A stretch of DNA of 63,007 nucleotides, counting the filler, from Perkinsus chesapeaki ATCC PRA-425 (Eukaryota > Protista > Perkinsozoa), in the NCBI GenBank assembly GCA_013115145.1. It is 5 parts of 5 records of this genome, joined end to end, with 100 filler letters (N's around TTAATTAATTAA, not from the genome) between each part and the next. Parts side by side here need not be neighbours in the genome. Positions count along the whole stretch, not along the records: positions 30,121 to 42,008 come from JAAPAO010000833.1; positions 42,109 to 47,238 come from JAAPAO010001186.1; positions 47,339 to 53,531 come from JAAPAO010001106.1; 2 more parts are not named here. The stretch is one strand, 5' to 3'. The notes under the pieces are model-generated. The model ran no database searches, had not been told where the DNA came from, and worked only from the letters and a program-made list of their open reading frames with translations. Below are positions 35,387 to 47,453 of the stretch, one piece after another. Numbering within the stretch: position 1 is the stretch's first letter; the number at the start of each line of letters is the position of its first letter. The position numbers and the translations under genes are program-made.

Positions 35387-36315
35387 CTACTTTGATATTC
35401 CGAATATCATATTCGAGCTTGGGAAAGGCTTTCCACTCAATTCAAAATCAGCGACCTTCTTCAGACCCACTTTGGTGCGTAGACAGCAAGTCTTGCCATC
35501 ATCAGACTTATTCAAATAAATTGTCGGATCACCGATGACTGGGTGAAGAGAACCGGTAACCTTCTCAGTAAATGGGAGATCAAATGGCTCGAATTCGATA
35601 AAAGGATTGAACCGAACAATCTCCAATAACTTCTCTTTCCACACTCCTTTCATTTTGTAATGGATGATAACTTCGTAAGGTGAAGTGGGAACTGTGTGGA
35701 GGAAGAATGATTTCGGGTCGATATTTTCTTCATTGGTGCGATGAGCTACCTTGAATTCTCTACTTTTATCAGTCAGTTTCGTAAATAATACCTCAATGCT
35801 TGTCGAAGTTGCATTAGCAACGTACAGTAAGCCATTCGAATAAGCCATACTGCACACACAGTCCGACTGGCATCTGATTGGTATGTTCTCAATATCATGT
35901 TTAATACATTTATCTTTCATATCATACACTATGAATTGAAGATGATAACCCCCATCAAGTGTATACCCGACGAAGAGTGTACGGCTTGCAGGGTCATAAT
36001 AATGTGACTTAATGGTGGGGAATTTGCCAAGCGACTTCTTAATCGTAATTGTAGATCCTTTCTAAGGCTGAAACCATCAAATTCATCATAACAGCCACAC
36101 ACCACACCATCATCCTTAAAGGGGAAACAGGGAGTGAAGGTTCCACGGGTGAGTATCTCTTCCTTGAGGCCATCCAATCTTAATGTAGGTTTACCACAAT
36201 ATGACATAATCTCACCAACCAATTCAGGTAAAATATCTTTACCATCATTATTAGTCATACCAATTAATATCATATAACGTAAAGCTTCAACATGAGGGGG
36301 AAGTTGGAATGTCAT
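35387..36315 (-). CDS. Lineage-specific F-box-like / beta-propeller-like protein (frameshift or short intron near 36060)
   Basis: N-terminus LPPHVEALRY..ILPELVGEIMSY (F-box-like LP-E-I pattern). The frame switches near 36060 to KGSTITIKK..HYYDPASRTLFVGY and continues open to 35387. Confidence 0.6.
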
Positions 36316-36879
36316 TTAGGTATTGTCGTATTAGGATTATCCGGTCGATTGAAGGCTGTTAAAGTTATTAGGTTCCTCTCTTATGACGCTTCTAAGATAT
36401 TCCGTCGCCCCAAACCTGTTACACGCATACACACATTGTGCATGCGTGCAACACAAATCGACAAAGTGTCATGATTTTGCTGTAATCGTTCTCTAGGGGC
36501 TCATAAGCAGACTACTCTACTACTGAAGTCGAACAGTTTACTTAATAGTGCTAATAATTATAACAAACTTTACGGACAAACGAATGGTGAATGTTTCCAA
36601 AGTATATGAAGTTCATCCGCGCAGTTGAGACTCGATAGATGGAATAAAATGGTTGTTTGAATATATGAAATATTGAAATTTAACACCTCGTACGAATGTG
36701 CGATCCATGAAGTATCTGAAGACATAAACCAATACATGTATCATTCTATTCCATTCAACATATAAAGACATCAACTGTTACCCTCACCAGAGTTGAGATA
36801 TATAATATATTCAATCAACTTATTAAGTTCTGAATCACCTCCATTTCATATCACACCTATCACACTGTATTAGTTTATA

Positions 36880-39800
36880 ATGTTACGTGTATGCTTTATT
36901 CGACCACTCTTAAATATTCAATTCGCTTCCTCTGGAGTGGTATCAGCTGGTAATGTATATAAAGACTTCGCATCTGCTGTTGGCAATACTCCTTTGATCG
37001 AGTTACGTCATGCCAGTCGGGTAAGTAATCATCATTGACACCCAACTTTATTATAACCTTACCAAACACAGTCGTCTTTGTTTATAGCAAGAGATAGCGG
37101 TTGTCTCATACAAACACGTATTAGTACATAAATACATTGTATATTATAATTTATAATGTATATGGCATGCGCGTTATATACGTACTATAATGGGACTCGT
37201 TTCCTACTTCGACACTCTCTTAACTTTAAAGTTACACTGGTTTCTAGTTCACCGCTAACGACTGCACTCATTGCAAATATACACCTGTTAGTTCTTTTGA
37301 ACTCCACTTCGAAGAGCTTTTACTGCACTTTAAGGTACTACTATAGTTTAACCTTAGAGTTCAATTCAAACCGTTTATTAACGTGGCGGATACACAATGT
37401 TCCACGGCACATCGTCGAATTACCGTAGACTGTTCGGTGTTCGTCCAATGTATAGAGTATCATATATCATCATTGTTATCAGGTTACAGGGAGGACTATC
37501 CTTGGTAAATGCGAGTTCCTTAATCCTGGTGGATCTGTTAAAGATAGAGCTGCTGTATGGATGTTGAAAGATGCTGAGGAGAAGGGTCTACTTGTTAGAG
37601 GACAACCAGGTTATAATTATGGCATTGGGGCTTCGTTTGGGATCCCCCCGGGATTTTTATCTGGAGTATATTTTGTATGAACCTTTTGTAGAATAATTGT
37701 TATAGAGCATTCATGTATATATAAGTATAATGTGTATATACCTATGTATATCGAACTAGGAGGCGCTCGTTGTCTCTTTTGTTGAGAGTTTCGACTTGAG
37801 ACTTGTAATTAACAAGTTTAAATTCCTGATCTGATTAAAATAAAGCTACCGCTGAACTGATTGAAATGAATCTCTGATGGCAAATATGAAAAGCCATCAT
37901 CATCTGTATTGGTTTAGAGTATCATAGGTCCACTGTGTTTGTAAGGGTTATGCAGTATTATATTTGCTAGTGGTACATGACACAATTCATGCTGGTTACA
38001 CTGCATCCTGCATACTGCAGGTGGCATGCAGCACAACTCTGTCTAGAATGTTAGTAGTACTGTAGTAATAAGTATCAAACACACCCAAAGTTGAGCCCTC
38101 CAATTTCCTTTTGAGTTTTTATATCAGGGACGGTTATTGAGGCCACAGCTGGCAACACTGGTATTGGTCTAGCATTAGCAGCTAATAGTATGGGATATAG
38201 ATGTATTATAGTAATACCTGATACACAAACTGAAGAGAAGAAATCTGCTATTAGGCAGGCTGGAGCTAAGCTTATTGAGGTAGTATAGAATTGACCACTG
38301 AGGGGATGCACTCGGTTGGTCTGTCTTATTGGGGGAGGGGGGGAATACATTCATGGTTGAACGGATAAAGATGGTATTGGTGTGCTAGGAATTTTCCAAA
38401 TAAATAAAAGGGGAGTTAGGATTATATAGAGTAATCAATAATTGAATCGACGACATGAAAGCGCTTGCCAAGGTGGTATCTTCGCACTATAAAGATTTCG
38501 GATATGTCGGTGTGAACTTGGATGCACTCCGATTGGAGCTCATTTGAAGATTGTTGTCCTATGGTAGGTACCAGCGGTGCCATATCGCAATCCTAATAAT
38601 TATGTTAGAGTCTGTAGTAGAATGGTTGATAATCTCAGGGCTCAGGGACATCATGTGTTCTTTGGACAACAGTTTGATAATACTGCTAATAAAAAGGTAA
38701 GGATTAATTCTATTTCAGAAACGAGTATAATACAAGTACCTCCCAACCGATCTATAATGATTAAGTCCGTTACTATCTGCGTTACTACAGATTGTGCGAA
38801 AGTATTGCACTCCTTCAGCACTACTCAACGGACAGCATGAATCACTACCTGTTGCAGGGCTGCTCTTCGAGGCTGCGATGAGATAACACTTTTGTGCTTG
38901 TGTGTTTCTCTTACGTTGAAGAATAAAGTGATTGACGTGATGCCAAGTTGCTGAGGAAATGAGCATCAATCGGAAAGGAATGTTCGACTTCGATATTGGG
39001 CCAATATTATACTAAATTATTCCTCACTAAATTACACTACTTTATTAATTACAGTTTAATATTATAAACCCAGTATTATTGGCAGTTTTTTAACAAGTTG
39101 CCTCCTATCATCGGTAGTTGTTCTTGTTGTCGAGCAAGCTTCTCATTGAGATAGGCGGATACGTTAATGTGGTCGATCGGCAGCAATACCCGATTCACAA
39201 CAGTGTGTTTAGGCGCATATCGAATCTACCGGCCCGGAGATTTGGGAGCAAACAGGTCACTCGGTGGACTCCTTTTGCTGTGCTATGGGCACCGGGGGGA
39301 CTCTTAGTGGAGTTGCCGAGTATCTTAAGTCGAAGAACGATTCAGTAAGTCTGAGGATATGGCGTCTGTGAGGTTATGGTAGATACAAATAGGGCTGACA
39401 GACCCTAAAGGGGCGATGCTTTATCGATGGTTTAGTGAGGGGAGGCTGGCTGCAGCTGGTAGTAGTATAACGGAAGGGATAGGTCAGGCTAGGGTCACTG
39501 GAAATATGGTGGGACTGAAGCCGGACTCGGTCTATGGTAAGGCGCAGGTTCGAACCCCAGTGAGGGTATTTTTATGCCAGAAATTGATGATTCGGAGGCT
39601 TTGAGTTGCCTGTGGACACTTTTGAATGAGGAGGGACTAAGTCTTGGCTTATCATCTGGAATAAATGTTGCTGGGGCTATGAGGATGGCAATGACGTACT
39701 AATTGGGGGGAGGGGAGGGCGGGGGTACTTTGAATAACCATTGTAGTGCAGTTATGGCTTATAACTGGACAACTATGTGGCTTGGGATACGGTGTTGCCC

Positions 39801-40299
39801 TTCAGCTCGCACTTTGTGCAGTTGTTGTCTTAACTTTTGTAATCATTACTAATTGGATGGCAATCAAGGCTGCTGTATTAATAAGCAGTCCGCTGGAAGT
39901 GGTCTCGAGCTCATGTTAAGCGAAACCTGAGTGTGATGCATTACATAGATAGTTACCATTCCAATTTTACATCGCAGCATAACGCTTCATTTAAGAACCT
40001 ATTTTATTTGAAGTAGCACTACTCGGATTCTACTACGTCGTCGCGCTCAGGCGTCCAGCTGGTAGTGTTATTGTTACAGTGCTATGTGATACTGCTCAGC
40101 GATATGAGAGGAAGGTGAGGAGAAATACCCGAGCTGGGGATCGAACCTGCGACCTATGGTTGTTAGATGTTCGACGTGGAATATCTCAAGTCGCAGGGAT
40201 TGCCGCCTAGGCCTGTACCTGGTCAGAATATAGCGGATGAGGTAGTGAGGGAGGGTAATGCAAACTTTCGAAGGGATTACACAGAATGATAGTAAATGA
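36880..40299 (+). CDS. cysK: Cysteine synthase (O-acetylserine sulfhydrylase, PLP fold-type II; multi-exon)
   Basis: [23 protein letters not shown] (PLP lysine), [74 protein letters not shown]-terminal Arg/Ser-containing extension. Confidence 0.94.
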
Positions 40300-40321
40300 G
40301 TGCGTTGAGGAGGACGACCTA

Positions 40322-41498
40322 GATACTGTTTTTGTTGCATAGTTTTTTACCGTGGATTTGTTCAGCTGAAGCGAAAGTAATGTAGTGATAATAAACGAAG
40401 TGTAGGGGATCATTCGTATGAGGAACTTCTCTCAATTTTGCAGCGTGATTTTTTGGGTAACTGTTTCTCATATTAGGATTTATCATCAGCACTTGATGGG
40501 GCATTTGCATCAGACAGCGAAGTAAAGGCAGCATTAGCCGAATACGAGAAGGCAGTGCCAGAGGAGCTAATGCAGGGCCGACCATTACCGTAGACAAGCT
40601 GCTGTTGTTTTACCATGTGGTTTCAAATTTAATTGTGTTAACAAGTGTTATTGTTTCAGTGTATTAATTTAACGTGTGAGCGTATTGAGCCGTTGGTGGT
40701 AAGGAGGTTCCCACTGTGTGGATCTTAGAGGTTCTTATTAGGCGCACTTTGTTGTTGCCAAGCTTGTCCTATAAAATGTGGTATGTTGACGAGGTCTCTC
40801 GGTATGTCTGATGATTTACAGAGCATTGGTGAGAAATACAGATGTATGTTCGTTGGAGACATTTCTGTTTTGATTCGTTTTACAGAAGCTGGAAATATCG
40901 ATCAAATAGGCCGCCGAATCCTACCGCCCCTCCATTATGGTTCACCGCGGATCAGCCAGTCCTACCTTCATTATATTTTGACAGTGATTGTATGTGTTAC
41001 TGAATGTCATTCAACCATCTCTGGCCATCGGCTATAGGCCGTATGTTGGGTATGGTGGGATTGAGGAATGTTAATACAGTATGTGATGAAGGTGTGGAGC
41101 AGCATGGAGTTACTAAGGGAGGATTACGGTACTGGGTAGTTAGGGAGGGGACAGGCATGGACGCAATCGGGGAGGAAAATTTACAGAATGGGATCATTAA
41201 TGTGGATATTTTCCATTGATTTTATACTTAATCGGGAAGATTTCCGATGGAGAGTTTCCTTATTTGGGGACACCGTAAAAAATGGGTCCACGGGAATTCA
41301 TATGTGTTCCCTAAAAGTCTATCGTAGGTGGGAAGCAAGGCTGATCGAGGGCATATGACACGCCATGTAGTGGACGAGCGTTTATCGCTATTTTATACAG
41401 TAAATGCATTACACCGGGAGGATGGTGGAGCAGTATTGAGTGTATTGGGAGGAAGGACGTTCAGAGAGAGCCTTTTCAAACACGCCAAGGCACAGTAG
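40322..41498 (+). CDS. Hypothetical multi-exon protein, possibly secreted or pseudogenised
   Basis: Putative exons ILFLLHSFLPWICSAEAK / DLSSALDGAFASDSEVKAALAEYEK / WKYRSNRPPNPTAPPLWF / CDEGVEQHGVTKGGLR. No clean start codon and no family recognised. Confidence 0.35.
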
Positions 41499-42108
41499 GA
41501 CGGGAGGGAGATCCTTCGTAGTGTATTAAATTACCTTTATTAGAGTACTAATAGTATTATACTATAAATAGATATATACATCTATATATATGATCTATTA
41601 CTATATGTATACATGTGGTATATATATACTATAATATACTGATCTATATATGATGTAGTATATTATATACAGTACTTCTCCAATAGTATTATACTATTTC
41701 TTACATGTTGCCGCTAAGCGCTTGGTTACGGAGAGTTGGAAAATATTTGTTGAGGAATTCTCACGCGTTCAGCAGGTATCTATTGGGAGGTTCGTCTTTT
41801 TCCTTGTTACTCAAATTATTATAGAGGTACTTCTTAATTGCCTAGACACGCTTGTACGCGAGAGATTTTGCGTGTAAATTGGGTATATAGTGTTTGAAGG
41901 TACCTTGGCCGTCCTTTGCCGAGTGTGGTATCAACGGTCCCTCATAGAGATGAGGATATGAGCTATGATGCTGTAGTGAAAGCAGCGGAATGGTGGAGTA
42001 ACCCTTTANNNNNNNNNNNNNNNNNNNNNNNNNNNNNNNNNNNNNNNNNNNNTTAATTAATTAANNNNNNNNNNNNNNNNNNNNNNNNNNNNNNNNNNNN
42101 NNNNNNNN

Positions 42109-45100
42109 ACTTCTGTGCTTTAGCGCAGGCCCTACACCGTCTGTTGGGGCTCCTTCTGCTCGACGTTGTATTGGGAATAAAAAACTCTCTGGAGAAAGTT
42201 CGGGTATCACAGGAGCCCGTTATCCTTGGCTTCCAGTGGGATCTCAAATCTGACGTGGTAGGAGTTGCTAATCCGAAAGCCGAGACTATTCTGTGTAACA
42301 TTGAGTGTCTACTGCACGAGTCCCGCGAGAATAAGAGAGTATCTGTACCCCTGTTGAAAACCGTTACTGGTAGGCTGTAGTGGATGTGTCACGTGGCCAA
42401 ATTGTTGAAGCCGAAGCTACGTAGTCTGTATGCCTGTAAAACAGTTGCCGAGTGGCTGGATTGTCGAACAATTGCACTTAGCCAGGAAGCCAAGTCTGAT
42501 CTTGAATTTTTTCTTGCCACATTGAAGGAAGAATTACGCGGGCAGCATGTAGCGGGAGACGGTCCCAGCCTAGCACGAATCCCCTCAAGTTTCCTACTGG
42601 GTTGGGGCTCTAAACTTGGCGGATTCTCACATGAGTCGGATGTTACGGTGGTCATATCTGACTCCTCCACTTCTGCATTTGGTGGGCTGGTGATAGGCAA
42701 GGGTAAGGCCTTTTGGTACCGATTTGAACTTGAGAATCCCCGCAGTTCGAGAGTGAGTCGTCTGGTGGAACCATCGCGCTCGACTGCGTGGGAGTCCTCC
42801 GATATTTGTTCTCTGGAGCTGTTAGCTGTTTTATGTGGTTGTATGATCGCCACAGCCGATAGGCCAGTTATGATTCTGTGTGATAATGCATCGGCGGTGG
42901 ATGCAGTTAACAAACTTGCAGCAAAGTCTCCAAGGTTGAACTCTCTTTTGAAGGCTCTAGCGAGCTCATGGGGTTATAGTCGTGGTTTAAGGGCATACCA
43001 TCTGTCTACCGAGGACAACTGGCTCGCCGACATTCTGTCTCGTTGGTCATTGAGAGATATTAGAGAACACATGGTGGGAGACTGTATGAGCGAGATTGAT
43101 ACGAACGTTGTCCTAGACCAGATCGAAAGTTACACCTCATACTCCTAAGTCATTCTGTATACAGCTGTTCCTGATTGGCTTGCCTTGGGTTAATTGTCGA
43201 ATTGCAGGTGAGTCGCGCAGTGAGGCTAAGGACAGCGCAGTTCTGATATCTTACATGTTAACGCCTTCGTGGGTGACTAGCTTGATCCAAGGAAAGAATA
43301 GCGTCTACGCCACCTTAAGACCTAGCCCGAACCTAACAGTACAAGCAAGGCCGACTGGGTGGGATTTGTCCCGCTGCTCTCCATCCGATGAGCCCGCAGA
43401 GAGTTCCACCTTGCTCGAGCTAAGAGACTTGGCTACTCACGCTTCGACATCTCACACCAGAACCCTGGCTATATGTGATCAAGGTGTGAACGTTCCTGCT
43501 GTGCGAGCCTACGATGAGCAGGACACTATTCTTTTACTCACCCATTCGAGAGCCACATCAACTAACGCGTCCTACGAGTCGGTTCGTCGCGGTTATGAAC
43601 GCTTCCTGAGAAATAACACGGGTAACTTGGCATCACAAATCGAGGCGTTTCCACTTGATATTTGGCTGTTAGCAAGCTATGTCGCATATCTGGTCGATGT
43701 AAGATGCGAGAGGGCAGAGAAAGCCTATAAAACGTCTACTGTCCTGCAATACATCCGGGTACTCCTTACTATGAGTAAAATGCATCCTCATGCGAGGAGT
43801 TTTACTGTACAAGAAAACGAAATCCTCCGCATGGTACGTGCCGCAGTAGTGAGGGTACGCGGCAAGACTCCCACAACTCGAGCTTGTACCATGACTGCTA
43901 GCCAACTCCGATCGATTTCGGTTGTAACTCCGGCGTCAGGGAGACGAAGGAGTGAAGTAGCCTTACTAGTAGGCGTGGCCGGCCTGTTAAGAATTCGAGA
44001 GGTATCCGAGCTTCGTGAAAACGATGTTACTTTTTATGACGGTGGAAAGGCTATGGAGCTACGTGTGAGGTGGAGTAAAACGGATCCTGGCAGGGCTGGT
44101 GCCACAGTCACCATTGGATGTGCCTGCTCGCCAGCAACACATAGAAGAGGCTTTTCCGATGTCTGGTGCCCCGTTCATAGATTACTTGGGTGTTTTGATC
44201 GAGGTACCAACGTGGCAGCCGGTGGATGGAATCGCGTCTTTGCCGCCAGTTACGAACAACTGTCTGAAGATATAAAGTCTTTGGTTACCCTGGCGACAGG
44301 TCTTAGCCAAGGCTGTACAACACATAGTATGCGGCGCACCGGTGTGGTGTTGTTGCATGAGGCCGGATTTGATGATGTCCAGATAGCTGAATACGGTCGT
44401 TGGGCCGACACGCGGATGGTACGTGACATTCACAGGAGAAACAAAACGGGTAGAGAGCAGGAACAGATTAGATATGCTTCGCGAATGATCTCGCCTTAGC
44501 TAGTGTCGGAGGATTAGATACATTTTCTGATGTAAGCATGTGCTGAGTTAGGTATTGGAAACTTCAAAGTTACAAGGTTAAAAAAAAGAAAAAAAACTCT
44601 GCTACTGAGTGTGTTATGGGGACGGAGTGTGTCCAGGATGGGAGATGTCTGACGATGGTGAATATGTCTACAACTTATCCCAATGCCTACCATCGTGAGA
44701 CATGGGAAGCACCTATTTCCCTAGTCCTGTAGATCCAGCAGATTGGGGTTATGTGCTTTCCCCCTTCCCACACTCCCGTACCAAGGGTTTTTTTATTGAG
44801 AGCGAAGAGTAACGTAGCGGCAGTAAAAAACACGTGAAGTGAAGGGAGTGAGACCGTGACGTCACACGGACCGCACTCGCAAGAAAATTGTGTTACACAA
44901 TCCATGTACTGCACAAAATTGAATTGCTCCATTTGTGTACAAGATATCAAGAAGGAAGCAAGCATTACTGAAATCACAGACCAGCGGCGTGGCCCCGTGA
45001 GGGGCCGCTATGCCCTGTTGATTTTGGCCCAACCGCCCTAGGTAGGGAGATGTCTGACGATGGTGAATATGTCTACAACTTATCCCAATGCCTACCATCG

Positions 45101-45206
45101 TGAGACATGGGGAGCACCTATTCCCCTAGTCCTGTAGATCCAGCAGATTGGGGTTATGTGCTTTCCCCCTTCCCACACTCCCGCACCAAGGGTTTTTTTA
45201 CTGCCG
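42109..45206 (+). mobile_element. Tyrosine-recombinase retrotransposon (DIRS/PAT/Ngaro-like), 3' part
   Basis: RT thumb fragment (ILGFQWD), DIRS-type RNase H (SDSSTSAFGG, SLELLAVL, CDNASAV, NWLADILSR), YR ORF to 44499 (LLRIRE, SKTD, HSMRRTG, GRW), then terminal repeats B1 44640-44795, spacer, B2 45045-45200. Confidence 0.92.
44640..45200 (+). repeat. Split direct repeat B1-A-B2 (156-bp repeats, 3 mismatches, 249-bp spacer)
   Basis: 44640-44795 aligned by eye to 45045-45200. Confidence 0.95.
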
Positions 45207-46420
45207 TATATTATATCCCTCTTCTTTGGGCTCGCTAATTCCCCTCAGCGCAAACGCATAATAATGCCGCCACCACCCCAAGGAGTACCGCAGTAGAGCC
45301 CGACTTTCTACCCGATGATGGTGTCACCAGGGCTGCATTACGCAACTGCTAGTCAGTTAGTGTCAAAGCTTGCTTTGGTCGTGAACCAGGGCATCTCCGT
45401 CGTATCGCTTCTCTAGCCAGCCTCATAATCTCTTCTTCGGCCACTGACCCCCTCTCCACCCCAGTCGAAGATCTAACCACTACCCGTAAGACCCGAATGT
45501 ATTTCAAGACTGTGCTTTGAGCCTTATTTTCTTTCGCCAGGTACACTGCGTATCGGACCAGCATCGTCTATCGGAAAAGGAGCTCGGAAAGGGCTCTGAG
45601 CCGAAACAAATTTCTGGTACCCCTTTACGACAGACTCGTACTGTTTCTGTGTATTATCAGCTCTGGCCTTATACAAAAAGGCCGGCACCTCCCTATCCGT
45701 TATTTTAGGATAAATACACGGAACAGAAGTTGCCAATTGGCGAGTATCACTGCATCCCACAGTAGGACCATTCTTTGATATTAGTGCAGTCGTTCTATCT
45801 TTCAGGTACTCGCGTAAAACGGAGTCCTTTCTCTGCTTTTCTTCCCATAACCAAGATTGTAGTCCGCTGACCATCATAGACGGAAAGGAATCCTACTAGC
45901 CGTGAAGAGCAGCAATCCTGGTCATCATGCCCTTATGATCCAACAATAACGTTCACATTCTATGAAACTATAAGTGAGTCACTTCGAGTGACGATAGTAA
46001 GCTTCAACCGATACTCAATAGCTAATCCAATAACCTCTGTAATAGGTACAACACAAACTTCTCTACTTCTCTAAAAGAGCATCCTTTCATCAACTATCTG
46101 GCCTCATCGATGGAGCGAATGCGTGAGATTCTATCAACCAGCCAGTTCTCATGATTCGACATGGGGGCCGCTTTTAGACCTCTGCCATGTTCCGATCTCT
46201 GTGATGTCTTCATTACGATATTATCCACCCTAGCTGCTCTTCCAGCAGCCCTATTTATCGACTCAACTGCGGTAATATTGTTACAAAGCAGTAAACCAGG
46301 CGAACCTACTGTGAGTAGGCTCGCACCTGCCAAAGCTGCAATGAGCTCCAGGGATGGTATATCCCCGCTCCCCGACTTCGCTCTGTAAGGTTTCTCGCTA
46401 TTCCTCTTTATCAGTGCATC
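45207..46420 (-). mobile_element. Second, degenerate YR retrotransposon fragment (RNase H plus N-half of YR)
   Basis: SLELIAAL..LCNNITAVESIN..ENWLVDRISR; ARADNTQKQYESVVKGYQKF; STVLKYIRVL; QLRNAALVTPSSGRK..LLGVVAALL. All are homologous to element 1, with stops and frameshifts. Confidence 0.85.
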
Positions 46421-47238
46421 TTTGACTAGGTGTGGAATGGAACTTTCCTTACCTAAGACGAAATGTTTGAACTTGTCCGAGGGATTGAGTGATTCCAATC
46501 TGCGTTTGAAGGTTGATGACTCTGAAGTCGAGGAAGTAGATAAATTTGTCTACTTGGGTAACCTTTTTCCGAAAGGAAGGAATTTAGTGGCACCCTATCG
46601 ACATCGAGCCACTGTAGCCCTTGGGAAACTAAGTAGCCTTGCGGTGATTTTGAAGTCGAATAAGGTGTCACTGTCTTCTAAGGAGGCAATCATAAAACGT
46701 GTCGTACTGGCTTCGGCGCTGTATGGTTTGGAAACTGCTCCTTATCATGAAGAGTCGTTGAGGCGTCTCGATGTGGTAATCAGTCGCTGTAGGAGGATGT
46801 CATTAGGACTGACTCTCAGGGACAGGAGAGCAACTCTGGGAAAGGCCTCCCTTAGTTGACCCGAAACATGTTTTAGCCCAGAGGAGGTTGCGATAAGCAG
46901 GGAGGATTCTCTCTACGAGAGTCATTGGTGGCTTAGTAGAAAAATCCTGTAGGTTGAAGCTTATTAAAAGACGCGGGAGGCCGCCTACTGCGTGGCAGAC
47001 CAGGCTGAAAGCCGATGCTAACCTGTTCGGGCCTTGTAAGTCGCTTGCTGAAGCATTTGTGGTGGGTAACGAGTTATCTGGAGCTCCTATCCCCACAGTG
47101 CCCAGAGCGTCGAAATTATTTACTTGCTCACGTTGTGTGCACTGTGGTAAGAAATATTTTAGGGCTTGCAATTTGGCTAAACACATGGAAAGGTGTGGTG
47201 CGCAGCCTTCATCCTCTGTGAGAGGTGGCTAGCAGAGG
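46421..47238 (+). mobile_element. 5'-truncated RTE-clade non-LTR retrotransposon (degenerate)
   Basis: KTK..EEVDKFVYLG..KEAIIKRVVLASALYGLE..RRLD..RCRRMSLG, RRLR*AG, RGRPPTAW and a C-terminal CxxC-x(8)-H-x3-C finger; one frameshift and one stop. Confidence 0.85.
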
Positions 47239-47338
47239 NNNNNNNNNNNNNNNNNNNNNNNNNNNNNNNNNNNNNNNNNNNNTTAATTAATTAANNNNNN
47301 NNNNNNNNNNNNNNNNNNNNNNNNNNNNNNNNNNNNNN

Positions 47339-47453
47339 GCATATATTCTTCTACAGTTGTATTCGGTGTAGTAGTAGACGGTGGGGTAGAAGGAGCGGAT
47401 GTTTCAGCCACGGCGGTGAGCAGACCGGCGCAAATAATTGCAGACTTGAACAT
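47339..47453 (-). CDS. 5' end of a secreted Thr/Pro-rich protein (runs into the gap)
   Basis: MFKSAIICAGLLTAVA-ETSAPSTPPSTTTPNTTVEEYM: signal-peptide-like start followed by a mucin-like stretch. Confidence 0.55.

Noticed and set aside
41560-41700. AT-rich TATA-like low-complexity tract
   Set aside because: Simple-sequence drift; no defined unit or structure.
42389-42913. 174-aa minus-strand ORF
   Set aside because: Antisense to the RNase H of the YR retrotransposon; no motifs.
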